Assembly: GCA_044223995.1 (NCBI GenBank)
Contig: JBGALE010000010.1
Span: forward strand, 65,561-129,560
Direction of reading: 5' to 3'
DNA length: 64,000 nt
Source: Chitinophagaceae bacterium
Lineage (GTDB): Bacteria; Bacteroidota; Bacteroidia; Chitinophagales; Chitinophagaceae
The notes under the pieces were generated by a model. It had not been told where the DNA came from. It was given only the letters and a program-made list of their open reading frames with translations, and did no database searches. The position numbers and the translations under genes were made by a program. Every line of letters begins with the position of its first letter. Positions within the stretch are counted from its first letter, which is position 1. This document shows positions 38,184-48,453 of the stretch, piece after piece.

Positions 38184-39839
38184 ATGGCAAGCAAAAAGTA
38201 CAAGATTTTATTAGGCATGATGTGCCTGTTTATGTCAGCTACGTATGCCCAGGTGGGTACGAGCTACGACGTAAGGGATTCCTCTCTGATACCGGCCAAG
38301 AGACAGCCACAGCACAATGAGTGGCTCAACAACGCATATCCTTTCCCGGCAAAACCACGCAACCAGTGGGAAGTTGGCTTGAAATTCGGCGTGCCCACCG
38401 TATTCGGTGATGTACCTGCTGTTTTCCCAACCTTTGGTGCTGGCGTGCATGTCAGGAAGGCGCTGGGTTATGTATTTTCATTAAGGGGACAATTCACCTA
38501 TGGCGTTGCCAAAGGATTGAACTGGAAACCAAGAACAGCAGGCTTTAGCCAACCGGTTCTTGCAGCCGGCTACGGACTGGGTGATGTTGTTTATGATAAC
38601 TACAAATCGACCATTAAAGATTTAGACCTGCAGGGTATAATCACTTTGAATAATATCCGGTTTCATAAAGCGAAAACTGGTGTAAATATTTATGGCATTG
38701 CCGGTTTTGGTGCTACCTGGTTTAAGACAAAAACCAATATTCTGAACTCCAGCGGCGCACGTTATAATTTTAATTCTATCGCTGGCGGCGTGTATAAGGA
38801 TCGTAAGTCAACCAAAAAGGCCCTCAAGAACTTATTGGATGACAGCTATGAGACCGATGCTGAAAATGAATTGGTTTCAAAAGCCAAATTGGGCAGCAAT
38901 ACACTCGTATTTAACCTCCAGACTGGTATCGGTGTTGCTTTTCGCTTAAGCAACAAATTCAGCCTGGCATTTGAAGATGTGTTAACACACCCACTCAGAA
39001 CTGATTTACTGGATGGCCAGCGCTACCAGAATACAGGTGTTCCAGGTGCCAACCAGGTTTTATCTCCTGACTATGATACCTACAACTTCTTCTCAGTTGG
39101 TCTTAACTACAACATTGGTAATAAGGCTGTTGAACCACTCTGGTGGCTCAACCCGCTTGATTATGCCTACAATGAGCTGAATGCCCCACGTCACATGAAA
39201 TTCCCCAAACCAGTTTTGGATGATGCAGATGGCGATGGCGTTACAGACCAGTTTGACCACGAGCCCAATACACCTGCAGGCTGCCCTGTTGACAGCCATG
39301 GTGTAAGCAAGGATACGGATGGTGACGGCGTTCCTGATTGTAAAGACAAGGAACTGATTACGCCAACCCAGTGCCAGCCTGTTGATGCTGATGGCGTGGG
39401 TAAATGTCCTCCTCCGGCTTGTTGCGATGAATTGGGTAAGAAAGTTGATTCTATCATGAAATATGGAGTGAAAGGTCAGGGTTGTGGAATCGGCGATTTG
39501 CCATCAGTTTCATTCGCTAATCGCTCTGTAACACTGAGCAACGATGCGAAGGCAGTACTGGCAAGTGTAGCAGAGAAAATGCGCAACAATCCAAATTGTA
39601 AAGTAGCCGTTATCGGTTATGGCGAAAGCAGCAAAGCCGCACAGCAGTTGAGCTGGGATCGCGTGAACGCTGTTATCAAGTACCTGGTTGAAAAAGAAGG
39701 TATTAGCGAAGACCGCTTTATCTTTAAATATGGCCAGGGAGAAGGTGATGGCAACACAGTTGACCTGAAAGATGGTACCGGTGAAGAAGGACCAAACACG
39801 GTTCCTGCCCCTCACCCGAACCTGAGAAAGAAAAAGTAA
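38184..39839 (+). CDS. OmpA-family outer-membrane protein with thrombospondin type-3 (Ca-binding) repeats
   Basis: Signal peptide and N-terminal barrel-like region. DDADGDGVTDQFD, DTDGDGVPDCKD, DADGVG repeats. C-terminal OmpA-like (VAVIGYGESS...SWDRVNAVIKYLV). Confidence 0.85.
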   Translation: MASKKYKILLGMMCLFMSATYAQVGTSYDVRDSSLIPAKRQPQHNEWLNNAYPFPAKPRNQWEVGLKFGVPTVFGDVPAVFPTFGAGVHVRKALGYVFSLRGQFTYGVAKGLNWKPRTAGFSQPVLAAGYGLGDVVYDNYKSTIKDLDLQGIITLNNIRFHKAKTGVNIYGIAGFGATWFKTKTNILNSSGARYNFNSIAGGVYKDRKSTKKALKNLLDDSYETDAENELVSKAKLGSNTLVFNLQTGIGVAFRLSNKFSLAFEDVLTHPLRTDLLDGQRYQNTGVPGANQVLSPDYDTYNFFSVGLNYNIGNKAVEPLWWLNPLDYAYNELNAPRHMKFPKPVLDDADGDGVTDQFDHEPNTPAGCPVDSHGVSKDTDGDGVPDCKDKELITPTQCQPVDADGVGKCPPPACCDELGKKVDSIMKYGVKGQGCGIGDLPSVSFANRSVTLSNDAKAVLASVAEKMRNNPNCKVAVIGYGESSKAAQQLSWDRVNAVIKYLVEKEGISEDRFIFKYGQGEGDGNTVDLKDGTGEEGPNTVPAPHPNLRKKK

Positions 39840-39864
39840 CACACTTTTTGCTCAATAACGATAG

Positions 39865-39892
39865 AAACCCTTCCCTTTTGGGGAGGGTTTTT
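39865..39892 (+). terminator. rho-independent terminator
   Basis: AAACCCTTCCC-tttt-GGGGAGGGTTT followed by a T-run, 26 nt after the stop. Confidence 0.85.
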
Positions 39893-39957
39893 ATATTATC
39901 ATTAACGGCCGCGTTTTGGAGGCCTGATATTTTCCTTCCATTTTTGCCCAAAACCAT

Positions 39958-39965
39958 TAACTTTG
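39958..39965 (+). promoter_or_regulatory. -7 promoter box TAACTTTG upstream of bamD
   Basis: Exact TAnnTTTG match ending 9 nt before the ATG at 39975. Confidence 0.55.
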
Positions 39966-39974
39966 CCAACCTTT

Positions 39975-40790
39975 ATGAGGATATTAGCAGCATTCATCAT
40001 TCTCGGATTTACCATTACAGGGTGTTCAAAATTCAGCAAGATCCAAAAGAGCAAGGATTACGAGTACAAGCTGAAAATGGCAGACCAGTTTTACGAAAAG
40101 AAAAAATACAATTACGCACAGCAGTTGTATGAAGAGTTGTTCCCTGTTTATAAAGGCACCGACAGGTTTGAAGATCTTTATTATAAATATGCTTTTTGCA
40201 CCTATTACCTGAGGGATTACCTGAGTGCAGAAAACCTGTTTAAATCATTTGTAGAAGTATTTCCTAATAGCAAGCATGCAGAGGAAATGGACTATATGAG
40301 GGCTTATACTTTTTACAAACAGTCGCCCAAAGTAGAACTGGATCAAACCAACACTACCAAGGCCATTGGATTTATGCAAACATTTATCAATACACATCCC
40401 GGTTCGTCAAGATTAAAAGAAGCGGGTGAGATAATTGACAAATGCCGCATTAAACTGGAGCAGAAAGAACTAAAAAGTGCCGAACTATATTTCAACCTGG
40501 GACAGTTTCGGGCAGCAGCTATTGCGTACACGAACCTGATGAATAACTTCCCGGAATCGTTAAAGAGTGATGAGTACAAACTGCAGGTGATAAAATCGTA
40601 TTTTCAATATGCTACGTTGAGCATCGAAGAAAAGAAAGAAGAGCGGTTTGAACAGGTAATAACAGAATGCCACGATTTTGCGGACCGTTTCCCGGAAAGT
40701 AAACTCAGCAAAGAAGCAGAAAAATATTTGACGCTTTCTCAAACCAATATAAAAAATCTTAAAAATGAGCAGACTAAGAAGACAGCTTAG
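39975..40790 (+). CDS. bamD: outer membrane protein assembly factor BamD (YfiO-like TPR lipoprotein)
   Basis: Lipobox ILGFTITGCSK, TPR-like repeats (YEKKKYNYAQQLYEEL, ..AENLFKSFVEVFPNSKHAEE..). Conserved Bacteroidota context bamD-rpoZ-coaBC. Confidence 0.8.
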   Translation: MRILAAFIILGFTITGCSKFSKIQKSKDYEYKLKMADQFYEKKKYNYAQQLYEELFPVYKGTDRFEDLYYKYAFCTYYLRDYLSAENLFKSFVEVFPNSKHAEEMDYMRAYTFYKQSPKVELDQTNTTKAIGFMQTFINTHPGSSRLKEAGEIIDKCRIKLEQKELKSAELYFNLGQFRAAAIAYTNLMNNFPESLKSDEYKLQVIKSYFQYATLSIEEKKEERFEQVITECHDFADRFPESKLSKEAEKYLTLSQTNIKNLKNEQTKKTA

Positions 40791-41106
40791 TTCCAACACC
40801 ACCAATGTTGTGGAAACTAAGAACCTCACTGATATAAAAGCCAAAACAGGTAATTTATATGAGTCTATCGCCATTATTGCAAAGAGGGCGAACCAGATCA
40901 ATATAACCCTGAAAGAAGAGTTGCACAATAAGCTGGAAGAGTTTGCAAGCCATACCGACAGCCTGGAAGAAATTCATGAAAACAAAGAGCAGATTGAAAT
41001 TTCCAAGGCCTACGAGCGCATGCCCAACCCTGCTTTGCTGGCAACAACAGAGTTTATGGAAGACAAAGTATACCACCGCAAAAACGAAGACAACCTGTTT
41101 AGCTAA
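40765..41106 (+). CDS. rpoZ: DNA-directed RNA polymerase subunit omega-like protein
   Basis: NLYESIAIIAKRANQI matches the omega core helix. Size and position after bamD are typical of Bacteroidota. Overlaps the bamD end by 26 nt. Confidence 0.65.
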   Translation: MSRLRRQLSSNTTNVVETKNLTDIKAKTGNLYESIAIIAKRANQINITLKEELHNKLEEFASHTDSLEEIHENKEQIEISKAYERMPNPALLATTEFMEDKVYHRKNEDNLFS

Positions 41107-41132
41107 ATAATACAGGTCTCATATCATTACAG

Positions 41133-41159
41133 GCGACAGATCCATTTCTGTCGCTTTTT
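41133..41159 (+). terminator. rho-independent terminator after rpoZ
   Basis: GCGACAGA-tccatt-TCTGTCGC followed by TTTTT. Confidence 0.8.
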
Positions 41160-41216
41160 CATTTTATTACCACTTGCTATTTTCCAGGCATAAATAAAAA
41201 AGTATAATTTTAAGGT

Positions 41217-42413
41217 ATGTTACAGGGTAAGAAAATACTGGTAGGCATTACCGGGAGTATTGCCGCCTATAAAGCAATATTACTGGTCAGGGAATTGGTT
41301 AAATCCGGGGCCGAGGTAAAAGTGGTTATGACCGCGGCCGCAAAAGATTTTGTATCCCCCCTCACCCTATCAACTTTGTCAAAAAATCCTGTATTAATAG
41401 ACCTGTTTGCGGAAAACTCCTGGTCCAACCATGTGTTATTGGGCCGTTGGGCCGATGTAATGGTAATTGCCCCTTTAAGCTGTAATACGCTGGCAAAAAT
41501 GGCCCATGGAATTTGTGACAACCTGATGCTGGCCACCTACCTGTCCGCTACCTGCCCGGTAGTGGTGGCGCCTGCCATGGATGAAGATATGTGGCACCAC
41601 AATACCACCAAATCAAATTTGCAGGTTGTTGAATCAAATGGAGTAAAAGTGATTCCGGTTGAAAAAGGAGAGCTCGCCAGCGGTCTGTATGGCGATGGCC
41701 GGATGGCAGAACCAGCAGCGATTATTTCATTTATAGAACAACATTTTTTTTTAAAGCAAGACCTGGCAGGTAAAAGAGTGCTGGTATCCGCAGGCCCGAC
41801 GTACGAGCCCATCGATCCGGTTCGGTATATTGGTAATCATTCCTCGGGCAAAATGGGGATTGCCATCGCGGAAGAACTAGCCAATCGCGGAGCTAGCGTA
41901 GACCTTGTTTTAGGCCCCTCTGCTATTTCACCCCGTCATTCCAACATTATGGTTCATAAAGTAAAGACCGCCGGTGAAATGTATGCAGAATGCATTCAGT
42001 TGTTTACGCATGCGGATATTGCCGTAATGTCTGCCGCAGTTGCAGATTATACACCATCTGTACCTTCTGGCGAGAAAATTAAAAAAGAAGGTGACAGCAT
42101 CAAGATAGAACTGGTAAAAACAAAGGATATACTTCAATCGCTGGGCCAACATAAAAAAACAGAGCAAGTATTAGTTGGTTTTGCATTGGAAACAACAAAT
42201 GAAAAATCGTATGCACTGGAAAAATTACATAACAAAGGTGCGGATATGATTGTGCTAAATTCATTAAATGACGAAGGAGCTGGCTTTGGCTATGATACCA
42301 ATAAAATCACCATATTCGAAAAAGGCGGAAAGGAGTTTAGCTATCCTCAAAAAACAAAACAACAAGTTGCAAAAGATATCGTTGATAGACTTGTAAACCT
42401 GGTGTATGCGTAA
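41217..42413 (+). CDS. coaBC: bifunctional phosphopantothenoylcysteine decarboxylase / phosphopantothenate-cysteine ligase
   Basis: ILVGITGSIAAYK, PAMDEDMW, VSAGPTYEPIDPVRYIGNHSSGKMG, AAVADY. Confidence 0.95.
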   Translation: MLQGKKILVGITGSIAAYKAILLVRELVKSGAEVKVVMTAAAKDFVSPLTLSTLSKNPVLIDLFAENSWSNHVLLGRWADVMVIAPLSCNTLAKMAHGICDNLMLATYLSATCPVVVAPAMDEDMWHHNTTKSNLQVVESNGVKVIPVEKGELASGLYGDGRMAEPAAIISFIEQHFFLKQDLAGKRVLVSAGPTYEPIDPVRYIGNHSSGKMGIAIAEELANRGASVDLVLGPSAISPRHSNIMVHKVKTAGEMYAECIQLFTHADIAVMSAAVADYTPSVPSGEKIKKEGDSIKIELVKTKDILQSLGQHKKTEQVLVGFALETTNEKSYALEKLHNKGADMIVLNSLNDEGAGFGYDTNKITIFEKGGKEFSYPQKTKQQVAKDIVDRLVNLVYA

Positions 42414-43329
42414 AGTAATTTTCCTGCTGATATTGTTTATTTCAACAGCCTGCCCTTCAATCTTTGCACAGGAACTGCAGGCGAAAATTTCTGTCAACTC
42501 CAGCAGGGTCAGTTCACAGACAGATAAAAAAGTTTTCCAGACACTCCAAAACGCGCTGAATACATTTCTCAATAACCGCAAGTGGACAAAGGAAACTTTC
42601 CAGGCAAATGAGAAAATCGTCTGCAATTTTTTACTCAATATCAGTGAAGCAAAAGGTGACAATATTTACAGCGCTTCTTTAACAGTCCAGGCGGCCAGGC
42701 CCATCTTCAACTCGGGCTACGACAGCCCGCTGGTCAATTTTATTGATGATGCAGTATTGTTCCGGTATGTAGAATTCCAGCCGATAGAGTTTAATGAAAA
42801 CAGGGTATCAGGCACAGACCCGCTGGTATCCAATTTGACTGCAGTGCTGGCATATTATGTAAATATTTTGCTTGGAATGGATTTCGATTCTTTTTCGCTC
42901 AGGGGCGGCGATCCTTATTTCCAGAAAGCCCAGGCCATTGTAAACAATGCACCTGATAGCCGCGACATCGTTGGCTGGCGCAATTTTGACGGGCAGCGCA
43001 ACCGGTACTGGCTGATAGACAATTTGACAAACAGTAAATATACCCTGTTGCACGATGCATTGTACAGTTACTATCGATTGGGGCTTGACAATATGTATGA
43101 AAACGAAACCGAAGGCCGTGCTGCGGTTTTAAACACGTTAAATTTTCTCAATAACATTAATACCGAAACACCCAACACCATGGGCCTTCAGTTTTTCTTC
43201 CAGGGAAAAACAAGGGAACTGGTTGGCGTATTCAAGAAAACCAATCCCGACGAAAAAAGCAGGGCGCTTGAATTACTGTCCAAACTGGATATTTCCAATG
43301 CCAATTTTTACAAGCAGGAATTACGATGA
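42406..43329 (+). CDS. DUF4835-like secreted protein
   Basis: Signal peptide. ELQAKISVNSSRV...FQTLQNALNTFLNNRKWT pattern. Conserved position right after coaBC in Bacteroidota. Family call from memory only. Confidence 0.6.
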   Translation: MRKVIFLLILFISTACPSIFAQELQAKISVNSSRVSSQTDKKVFQTLQNALNTFLNNRKWTKETFQANEKIVCNFLLNISEAKGDNIYSASLTVQAARPIFNSGYDSPLVNFIDDAVLFRYVEFQPIEFNENRVSGTDPLVSNLTAVLAYYVNILLGMDFDSFSLRGGDPYFQKAQAIVNNAPDSRDIVGWRNFDGQRNRYWLIDNLTNSKYTLLHDALYSYYRLGLDNMYENETEGRAAVLNTLNFLNNINTETPNTMGLQFFFQGKTRELVGVFKKTNPDEKSRALELLSKLDISNANFYKQELR

Positions 43330-43709
43330 GAATAATTACCATTTTAATGTTACTCGTATTCATGAATTCCTGCAAACAGGAAAATTCAACTCCCCCCAAC
43401 CTCATCCCTAAGGCAAAAATGGAAACCATTTTATGGCAGATGATACAGGTAGATCAGTATGCCAGCAATGTTATCGCCAAAGATTCTACAAAGAACTTAC
43501 CCGAAGAAAGAATAAAACTGTACAGCAAAGTATTTGAACTAAGTAAAATTACCAGGGAAACCTTCAACAACAGTTACAAATACTATCTCGGTCATCCCGA
43601 CGTCAGTAAAATCATGTTTGATTCCATTTCCGCGCGCGCTTCGCGTCAGCGCTCAGAAGCCTATCGCCCAAAACCTGTTGAGAAGCCGGGCCCTAAACTG
43701 GTAAATTAA
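43326..43709 (+). CDS. small lipoprotein (DUF4296-like)
   Basis: ATGA overlap with the upstream gene. Lipobox LLVFMNSCKQ. 127 aa. Confidence 0.55.
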   Translation: MRIITILMLLVFMNSCKQENSTPPNLIPKAKMETILWQMIQVDQYASNVIAKDSTKNLPEERIKLYSKVFELSKITRETFNNSYKYYLGHPDVSKIMFDSISARASRQRSEAYRPKPVEKPGPKLVN

Positions 43710-43763
43710 ATATTTTGGGTGCAGCAGGCTGCTCATTACTTTTACAATTCAAATACTTACTGT

Positions 43764-44459
43764 ATGAATAAAGTGGTGGCAAATGCGCACGAAGCAATTA
43801 AAGACATTGGTGACAATGCAGTAATCATGCTGGGAGGTTTTGGACTTTGCGGCATCCCTGAAAATTGTATCAGCGAGCTGGTAAAAAAAGGCATAAAAAA
43901 TCTTACCTGTATATCCAACAATGCCGGTGTAGACGATTTTGGTTTGGGCCTTTTACTCAAAGGAAGGCAAATAAAAAAAATGATGAGCTCTTACGTCGGT
44001 GAAAACGCCGAATTCGAGCGGCAACTCCTGCAGGGAGAACTTGAAGTGGATTTGATTCCGCAGGGTACCTTGGCCACCAGGATTCAAATGGCGGGGATGG
44101 GCATTCCTGCATTTTATACACCGGCCGGATACGGAACCGAAATTGCTGAAGGAAAAGAAATCCGAAATTTTAACGGAAAAAATTACCTGATGGAGTTGGC
44201 GCTACATGCCCAGTTCTCTATTGTAAAAGCATGGAAAGGCGATACGATGGGCAATCTTCTATTCCGTAAAACAACACGCAATTTTTCAACGTCCATGGCA
44301 AAAGCAGGGGATATAACCATTGCTGAAGTGGAACAATTGGTTCAGCCCGGCGAATTGGACCCGGATGCGATACATGTACCAGGGATATATGTACATCGTA
44401 TTTTCCAGGGAAGCGGTTATGAAAAAAGAATAGAACGAAGAACCGTCCGGATAAAATAG
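43764..44459 (+). CDS. 3-oxoacid CoA-transferase subunit A
   Basis: MNKVVANAHEAIKDIGDNAVIMLGGFGLCGIPE, ISNNAG, SSYVGEN, ELIPQGTLA. Start at ATG 43764. Confidence 0.9.
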   Translation: MNKVVANAHEAIKDIGDNAVIMLGGFGLCGIPENCISELVKKGIKNLTCISNNAGVDDFGLGLLLKGRQIKKMMSSYVGENAEFERQLLQGELEVDLIPQGTLATRIQMAGMGIPAFYTPAGYGTEIAEGKEIRNFNGKNYLMELALHAQFSIVKAWKGDTMGNLLFRKTTRNFSTSMAKAGDITIAEVEQLVQPGELDPDAIHVPGIYVHRIFQGSGYEKRIERRTVRIK

Positions 44460-44528
44460 GCTGTGGCCTACTGTTAGCATATAGACCCAATACAACCAAC
44501 TCATCCAATAATTTCTAACTTTTCTATT

Positions 44529-45185
44529 ATGGCGCTCGATAAATATGGCATAGCAAAACGAATTGCACAGGAATTGAGAAATGGCATGTATGTGAACCTC
44601 GGTATCGGAATACCGACGTTGGTAGCCAATTATATTCCGGCAGCCATGTCCATTATGATGCAAAGTGAAAATGGCATGCTTGGTATGGGCCCTTATCCTG
44701 TTGAAGAGGCAATTGATGCTGATCTTATCAACGCAGGAAAAGAAACTGTAACTGTACTGCCCGGTGGTGTATTTTTCGACAGTGCGGAGAGTTTTGGTAT
44801 GATAAGAGCAGGCAAAGTTGACCTCACTGTCCTGGGTGCAATGGAAGTCAGTGAAACAGGTGATATCGCCAATTGGAAAATCCCTGGTAAAATGGTGAAA
44901 GGTATGGGCGGCGCCATGGACCTGGTGGCAAGTGCCAGGAACATTATCGTAGCAATGATGCATACCAATCCTAAAGGTGAATCAAAACTGCTGCATCAAT
45001 GTACGCTGCCCCTTACCGGTGTAGGTTGTGTTAAAAAGGTAGTGACAGAGTTGGCCGTGTTGGATATTACAGCAGGTGGATTCCGGTTGCTGGAGAGGGC
45101 CCCTGGTGTATCCGTGGACGAAATAAAAAGTAAAACGGAAGGGAAATTAATTATTGAAGGCGATGTGCCTGAGATGAGCTTGTAA
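44529..45185 (+). CDS. 3-oxoacid CoA-transferase subunit B
   Basis: [24 protein letters not shown] (catalytic Glu region), GMGGAMDLV. Confidence 0.9.
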   Translation: MALDKYGIAKRIAQELRNGMYVNLGIGIPTLVANYIPAAMSIMMQSENGMLGMGPYPVEEAIDADLINAGKETVTVLPGGVFFDSAESFGMIRAGKVDLTVLGAMEVSETGDIANWKIPGKMVKGMGGAMDLVASARNIIVAMMHTNPKGESKLLHQCTLPLTGVGCVKKVVTELAVLDITAGGFRLLERAPGVSVDEIKSKTEGKLIIEGDVPEMSL

Positions 45186-45299
45186 TAATATCCTATTTCA
45201 AACAAGAAATTTCCAACGATGAAGTTGAGCGCATTCCTAATTTGCCAATCTTTCTTCGGTATTGGTTATTCGATATTCTCCATTTGATTTTTAGATTCT

Positions 45300-45947
45300 T
45301 CAATCAATCAGGTTATTTTTCACTGCAAAAAAAACAAGCCCTGCTGTATTTTTTGCACCGAATCTTTCCATAAGCCTGTCCTTGATAGCTTCTACAGTGC
45401 GGGGGCTCACTTCCAGCTTTTGCGCAATTTCCTGCGCGGTAAACTCCATACAGATATATTTGATCACATCCCGCTCCCGTTCGCTGATGGTAATTTCGTG
45501 TGACAGGCTGGGAGCAACTTTTTGTTTGGAGTGCGATTTTTTGAGCAGTATCCGGTTGACAAAATTGTTGAGGTAATAACCTTTAGCCATCACTTCCATA
45601 ATAGCTTTTTTTATTTCCTGTGGTTCCGCGCTTTTCAGCAGGTAACCATTGGCGCCCACTTCCATCATATGGCTGACAAATCGCTCATCCTCGAACATCG
45701 TTAGACAAATAATATGGATTTGAGGAAAATGCTTGGCCACATATTTCGTGGCTTCTATGCCGTCTTTGAGCGGCATACGGAGATCCATCAGTATAACATC
45801 GGGGATTTCCTCTCCCGGCAAATTATCAATCAATTCCTGCCCGTTATCGGCTTCCAGGACAAACTTGATGTTTGGATAGGGGCGCAGGGAAAGGATGACT
45901 CCCTTACGAAAAATTTTATGATCGTCGGCTATTGCAACTTTTATCAC
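45300..45947 (-). CDS. NarL/LuxR-family response regulator (REC + HTH_LuxR), paired with the kinase upstream
   Basis: IKVAIADDHKIFRKG, phospho-acceptor region DVILMDLRMPLKDG, C-terminal LSERERDVIKYICMEFTAQEIAQKLEVSPRTVEAIKDRLMERFG. Confidence 0.9.
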   Translation of the reverse strand: MIKVAIADDHKIFRKGVILSLRPYPNIKFVLEADNGQELIDNLPGEEIPDVILMDLRMPLKDGIEATKYVAKHFPQIHIICLTMFEDERFVSHMMEVGANGYLLKSAEPQEIKKAIMEVMAKGYYLNNFVNRILLKKSHSKQKVAPSLSHEITISERERDVIKYICMEFTAQEIAQKLEVSPRTVEAIKDRLMERFGAKNTAGLVFFAVKNNLID

Positions 45948-46038
45948 ACCAAAGGGTTTAAGTGATATTGGAAAAATCTAAATTACAAATTTTAACGGTT
46001 GAAAAGCGAAAATCCTTGTTTCAAATCAATTTTCTTTC

Positions 46039-46866
46039 TTACACCTCCACTTCCTTGGATAATTCAATGGTCACTTTATAATAGGTTTGAGAAACATCCT
46101 TCTCAAAGTAAATGGAACCATGTAGCAATTTCAAACGGCTCTGGATATTTTTTAATCCAAGGCCTACTGGGCTTTTGTTTAATTTTTCAAAGTCCGACTG
46201 AGTCAAACCACGTCCGTCATGGTGAAGCCGGATAAAAAAACGGTCGCCATTGATGTTTTGGGTGACATGGATAAAGCTGGCATTGCTGTGTTTAAGAATA
46301 TTATTTACCAATTCCTGTATCACCCTGAATAAAATGAGTTCATCTTCCGGCTTTAGCCTTTCGCGGTAATCATGAAAGCGGCAACTCGCATTCAGGCTTC
46401 CCGATCCGCTGATTTTCTGGAAAAGATCATTGACCGCCGATTCGAGACCAAAATTCTTTAAGGTAGGTGGCATCAGGCTGTGGGAGATGTTGCGGATAAG
46501 CTGGATAGTATCATCTATGATTTGCTTGGCATTGTAAATGCTTTGCAATTGAGTGGTTTTATCGAGATTGACCAGGTTTTCATTGAGGTATAAGCGGGCA
46601 GTGGCCAGCAAGGGGCCTGCATCGTCGTGCAGATCGGCGGCCAGCCGCTGGCGTTCTTCTTCCTGCAGGCGAATAGAAGCGTTGAGCAGCATGCGCTGCT
46701 GCTCCTGTTCCATTTGCTGCAGGGTGGTTTGGTACCGGATAACTTTTCGCTGGTGGAAAATAATAAAAGCTATCAGGCCCACCACCAGCGTGAGCATGCC
46801 TATAGTACCAAAGAACAGCGGCAGCGATATTCCTGACTGGTGAGTATTTACTTGTAATAACAGCAT
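46039..46866 (-). CDS. sensor-less histidine kinase (single N-terminal TM region + HisKA_3 + HATPase_c)
   Basis: One hydrophobic stretch (LPLFFGTIGMLTLVVGLIAFIIF) then directly RLQEEERQRLAADLHDDAGPLL (H-box). C-terminal GLGLKNIQSRLKLLHG (G-box). Confidence 0.85.
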   Translation of the reverse strand: MLLLQVNTHQSGISLPLFFGTIGMLTLVVGLIAFIIFHQRKVIRYQTTLQQMEQEQQRMLLNASIRLQEEERQRLAADLHDDAGPLLATARLYLNENLVNLDKTTQLQSIYNAKQIIDDTIQLIRNISHSLMPPTLKNFGLESAVNDLFQKISGSGSLNASCRFHDYRERLKPEDELILFRVIQELVNNILKHSNASFIHVTQNINGDRFFIRLHHDGRGLTQSDFEKLNKSPVGLGLKNIQSRLKLLHGSIYFEKDVSQTYYKVTIELSKEVEV

Positions 46867-46918
46867 GTATATTTACAATGGTTTGGGGGCATCAGAAAAT
46901 AATATACAATGGTTCTTC

Positions 46919-47584
46919 TTAGATATTTCTGCTTTTCTGTATCGAAATTTCGTTCACGGTTCCTTTAGCATTTATTAAAAATGCGATGCTAAAAAACAGG
47001 TTTTTTACAACATTCGCCAATACGTTTATGATCCAGTATTCTTCCCGCTCTGTATCGGACAGATCGGACGCATAGATAAACAAAAAGAGTGTGCCAGCTA
47101 AATACATCATTCCTATCACCAGCCAGAACTTATATGATGCATATATGACGGACACTTGTGGTTTGTTGATCTCTTCATACAAATAAAATATACTATATGC
47201 GATGATTAGAATTGATTCGATAGAAGCCTGGTAGGAGTCAAAACTTTTTAAAGGGTTGAACAGCATATAGTACATGCAAAACACAATAAATCCTATGGAT
47301 AGGAAAATAATAATCCATCTAAAAATCGAACTTCGGATGAACCTGAATAATATAAAGGAGAAACAGAGGTACTCGAGAATGGTAAATATGTAAAGATTAA
47401 GTGAAACAGACTGTTTATTGCTATCCCTGTACAGGATTATCGAGTCATTAGAAAAAGAAAAAATGCAGTAAAACAGAATTACCCATACTGCAAATCCCTT
47501 CATTTTTCTAATAAAAAAAAGGAATACCAGTATGGGTAATAGACCAATAAAATACGATATCGCATTGCTAATTGTCATTACCAT
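46919..47584 (-). CDS. hypothetical integral membrane protein, about seven predicted TM helices
   Basis: Seven hydrophobic segments by eye (ISYFIGLLPILVFLFFI, VWVILFYCIFSF, LYIFTILEYLCFSFILF, WIIIFLSIGFIVFCMYYMLF, ILIIAYSIFYLY, FWLVIGMMYLAGTLFLFIYA, VLANVVKNLFFSIAFLI). Start uncertain: ATG 47584 or 47578, while the track uses TTG 47602. Confidence 0.65.
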   Translation of the reverse strand: MVMTISNAISYFIGLLPILVFLFFIRKMKGFAVWVILFYCIFSFSNDSIILYRDSNKQSVSLNLYIFTILEYLCFSFILFRFIRSSIFRWIIIFLSIGFIVFCMYYMLFNPLKSFDSYQASIESILIIAYSIFYLYEEINKPQVSVIYASYKFWLVIGMMYLAGTLFLFIYASDLSDTEREEYWIINVLANVVKNLFFSIAFLINAKGTVNEISIQKSRNI

Positions 47585-47642
47585 TACTTGGAAATCACCC
47601 AAATATATGAAACGACAACCAAAAATGAAACCTCAATCGAAA

Positions 47643-48062
47643 TTAAAAGAAGAATTCCCAGATATCAGCAGAATCATCTGAAAGACCTGAATTACTGCTG
47701 GTTTTGATCCTGTCAGCAACAATTGCCTTACTTTTTTCAATGGAACCTTCCTGTGTAACCACAGTGTACTCAAGCAAATTCCTTCCAGCCTCATCAACAC
47801 CTACATAAACGAGGGTCTTCTGACCTGCTTCATTGTAAGCGTTATAAAATTTAATACCAACGCAGCCCGGCTGAGCAAGAATTTGATCGATAATGTTGCG
47901 TCCAATGTAATAAGCCTTAACATCAGTCGGATTAGCTACCTGATAGTCCTTAACCATCTGAGCACCCAATTCATGACTGATTTCCTCTCCCACCTTGCGG
48001 AGGTCCTTCTGGAGAAGTTCAGTTTGCATCATAGTAGTAAGTTTTTGGAGTTTTAGAGACAT
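47643..48062 (-). CDS. hypothetical soluble 139-aa protein, no recognisable family
   Basis: Open frame with non-repetitive, balanced composition (..GAQMVKDYQVANPTDVKAYYIGRNIIDQILAQPGCVGIKFYNAYNEAGQKTLVYVGVDEAGRNLL..). First gene of the co-directional cluster. Confidence 0.55.
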   Translation of the reverse strand: MSLKLQKLTTMMQTELLQKDLRKVGEEISHELGAQMVKDYQVANPTDVKAYYIGRNIIDQILAQPGCVGIKFYNAYNEAGQKTLVYVGVDEAGRNLLEYTVVTQEGSIEKSKAIVADRIKTSSNSGLSDDSADIWEFFF

Positions 48063-48453
48063 AATTGTAACGTGAATTACCCCCTAAAAAAAAAGGTGAC
48101 CAACGGCCGCAAACTTCTTAAAATGCCTTAAATTGCTTAAAATTCAACAGGGTAGTGGATTTGCGCGGATTTTGATCGAATATTTACTTGGTAAAATTAC
48201 GAAATATTGCGAATCAAATTTAGTATTTTTACGAAGCCATTTCTCGTAGATTTCGCCTTTTTATATTAGGATATTAACACATGTGGATAAACTGGCGAGA
48301 AGGGTGCCTTGAGGAGCTGAAGGAGTCTGTATTTGAATACCGGATTTTAAAAACGGGCCTGCTGGCAATTACATTTGTTTTTGACCAATAGGATCAAAAC
48401 AAACGGATTATTAACAATTTATTGCTTTAATTGGCGTTGAAGAGTTCCCCCTA

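Noticed and set aside
44286-44963. 225-aa minus-strand ORF spanning the scoA/scoB junction
   Set aside because: It is antisense to two strongly recognisable CoA-transferase subunits. It is His/Cys/Phe-rich with an implausible sequence.
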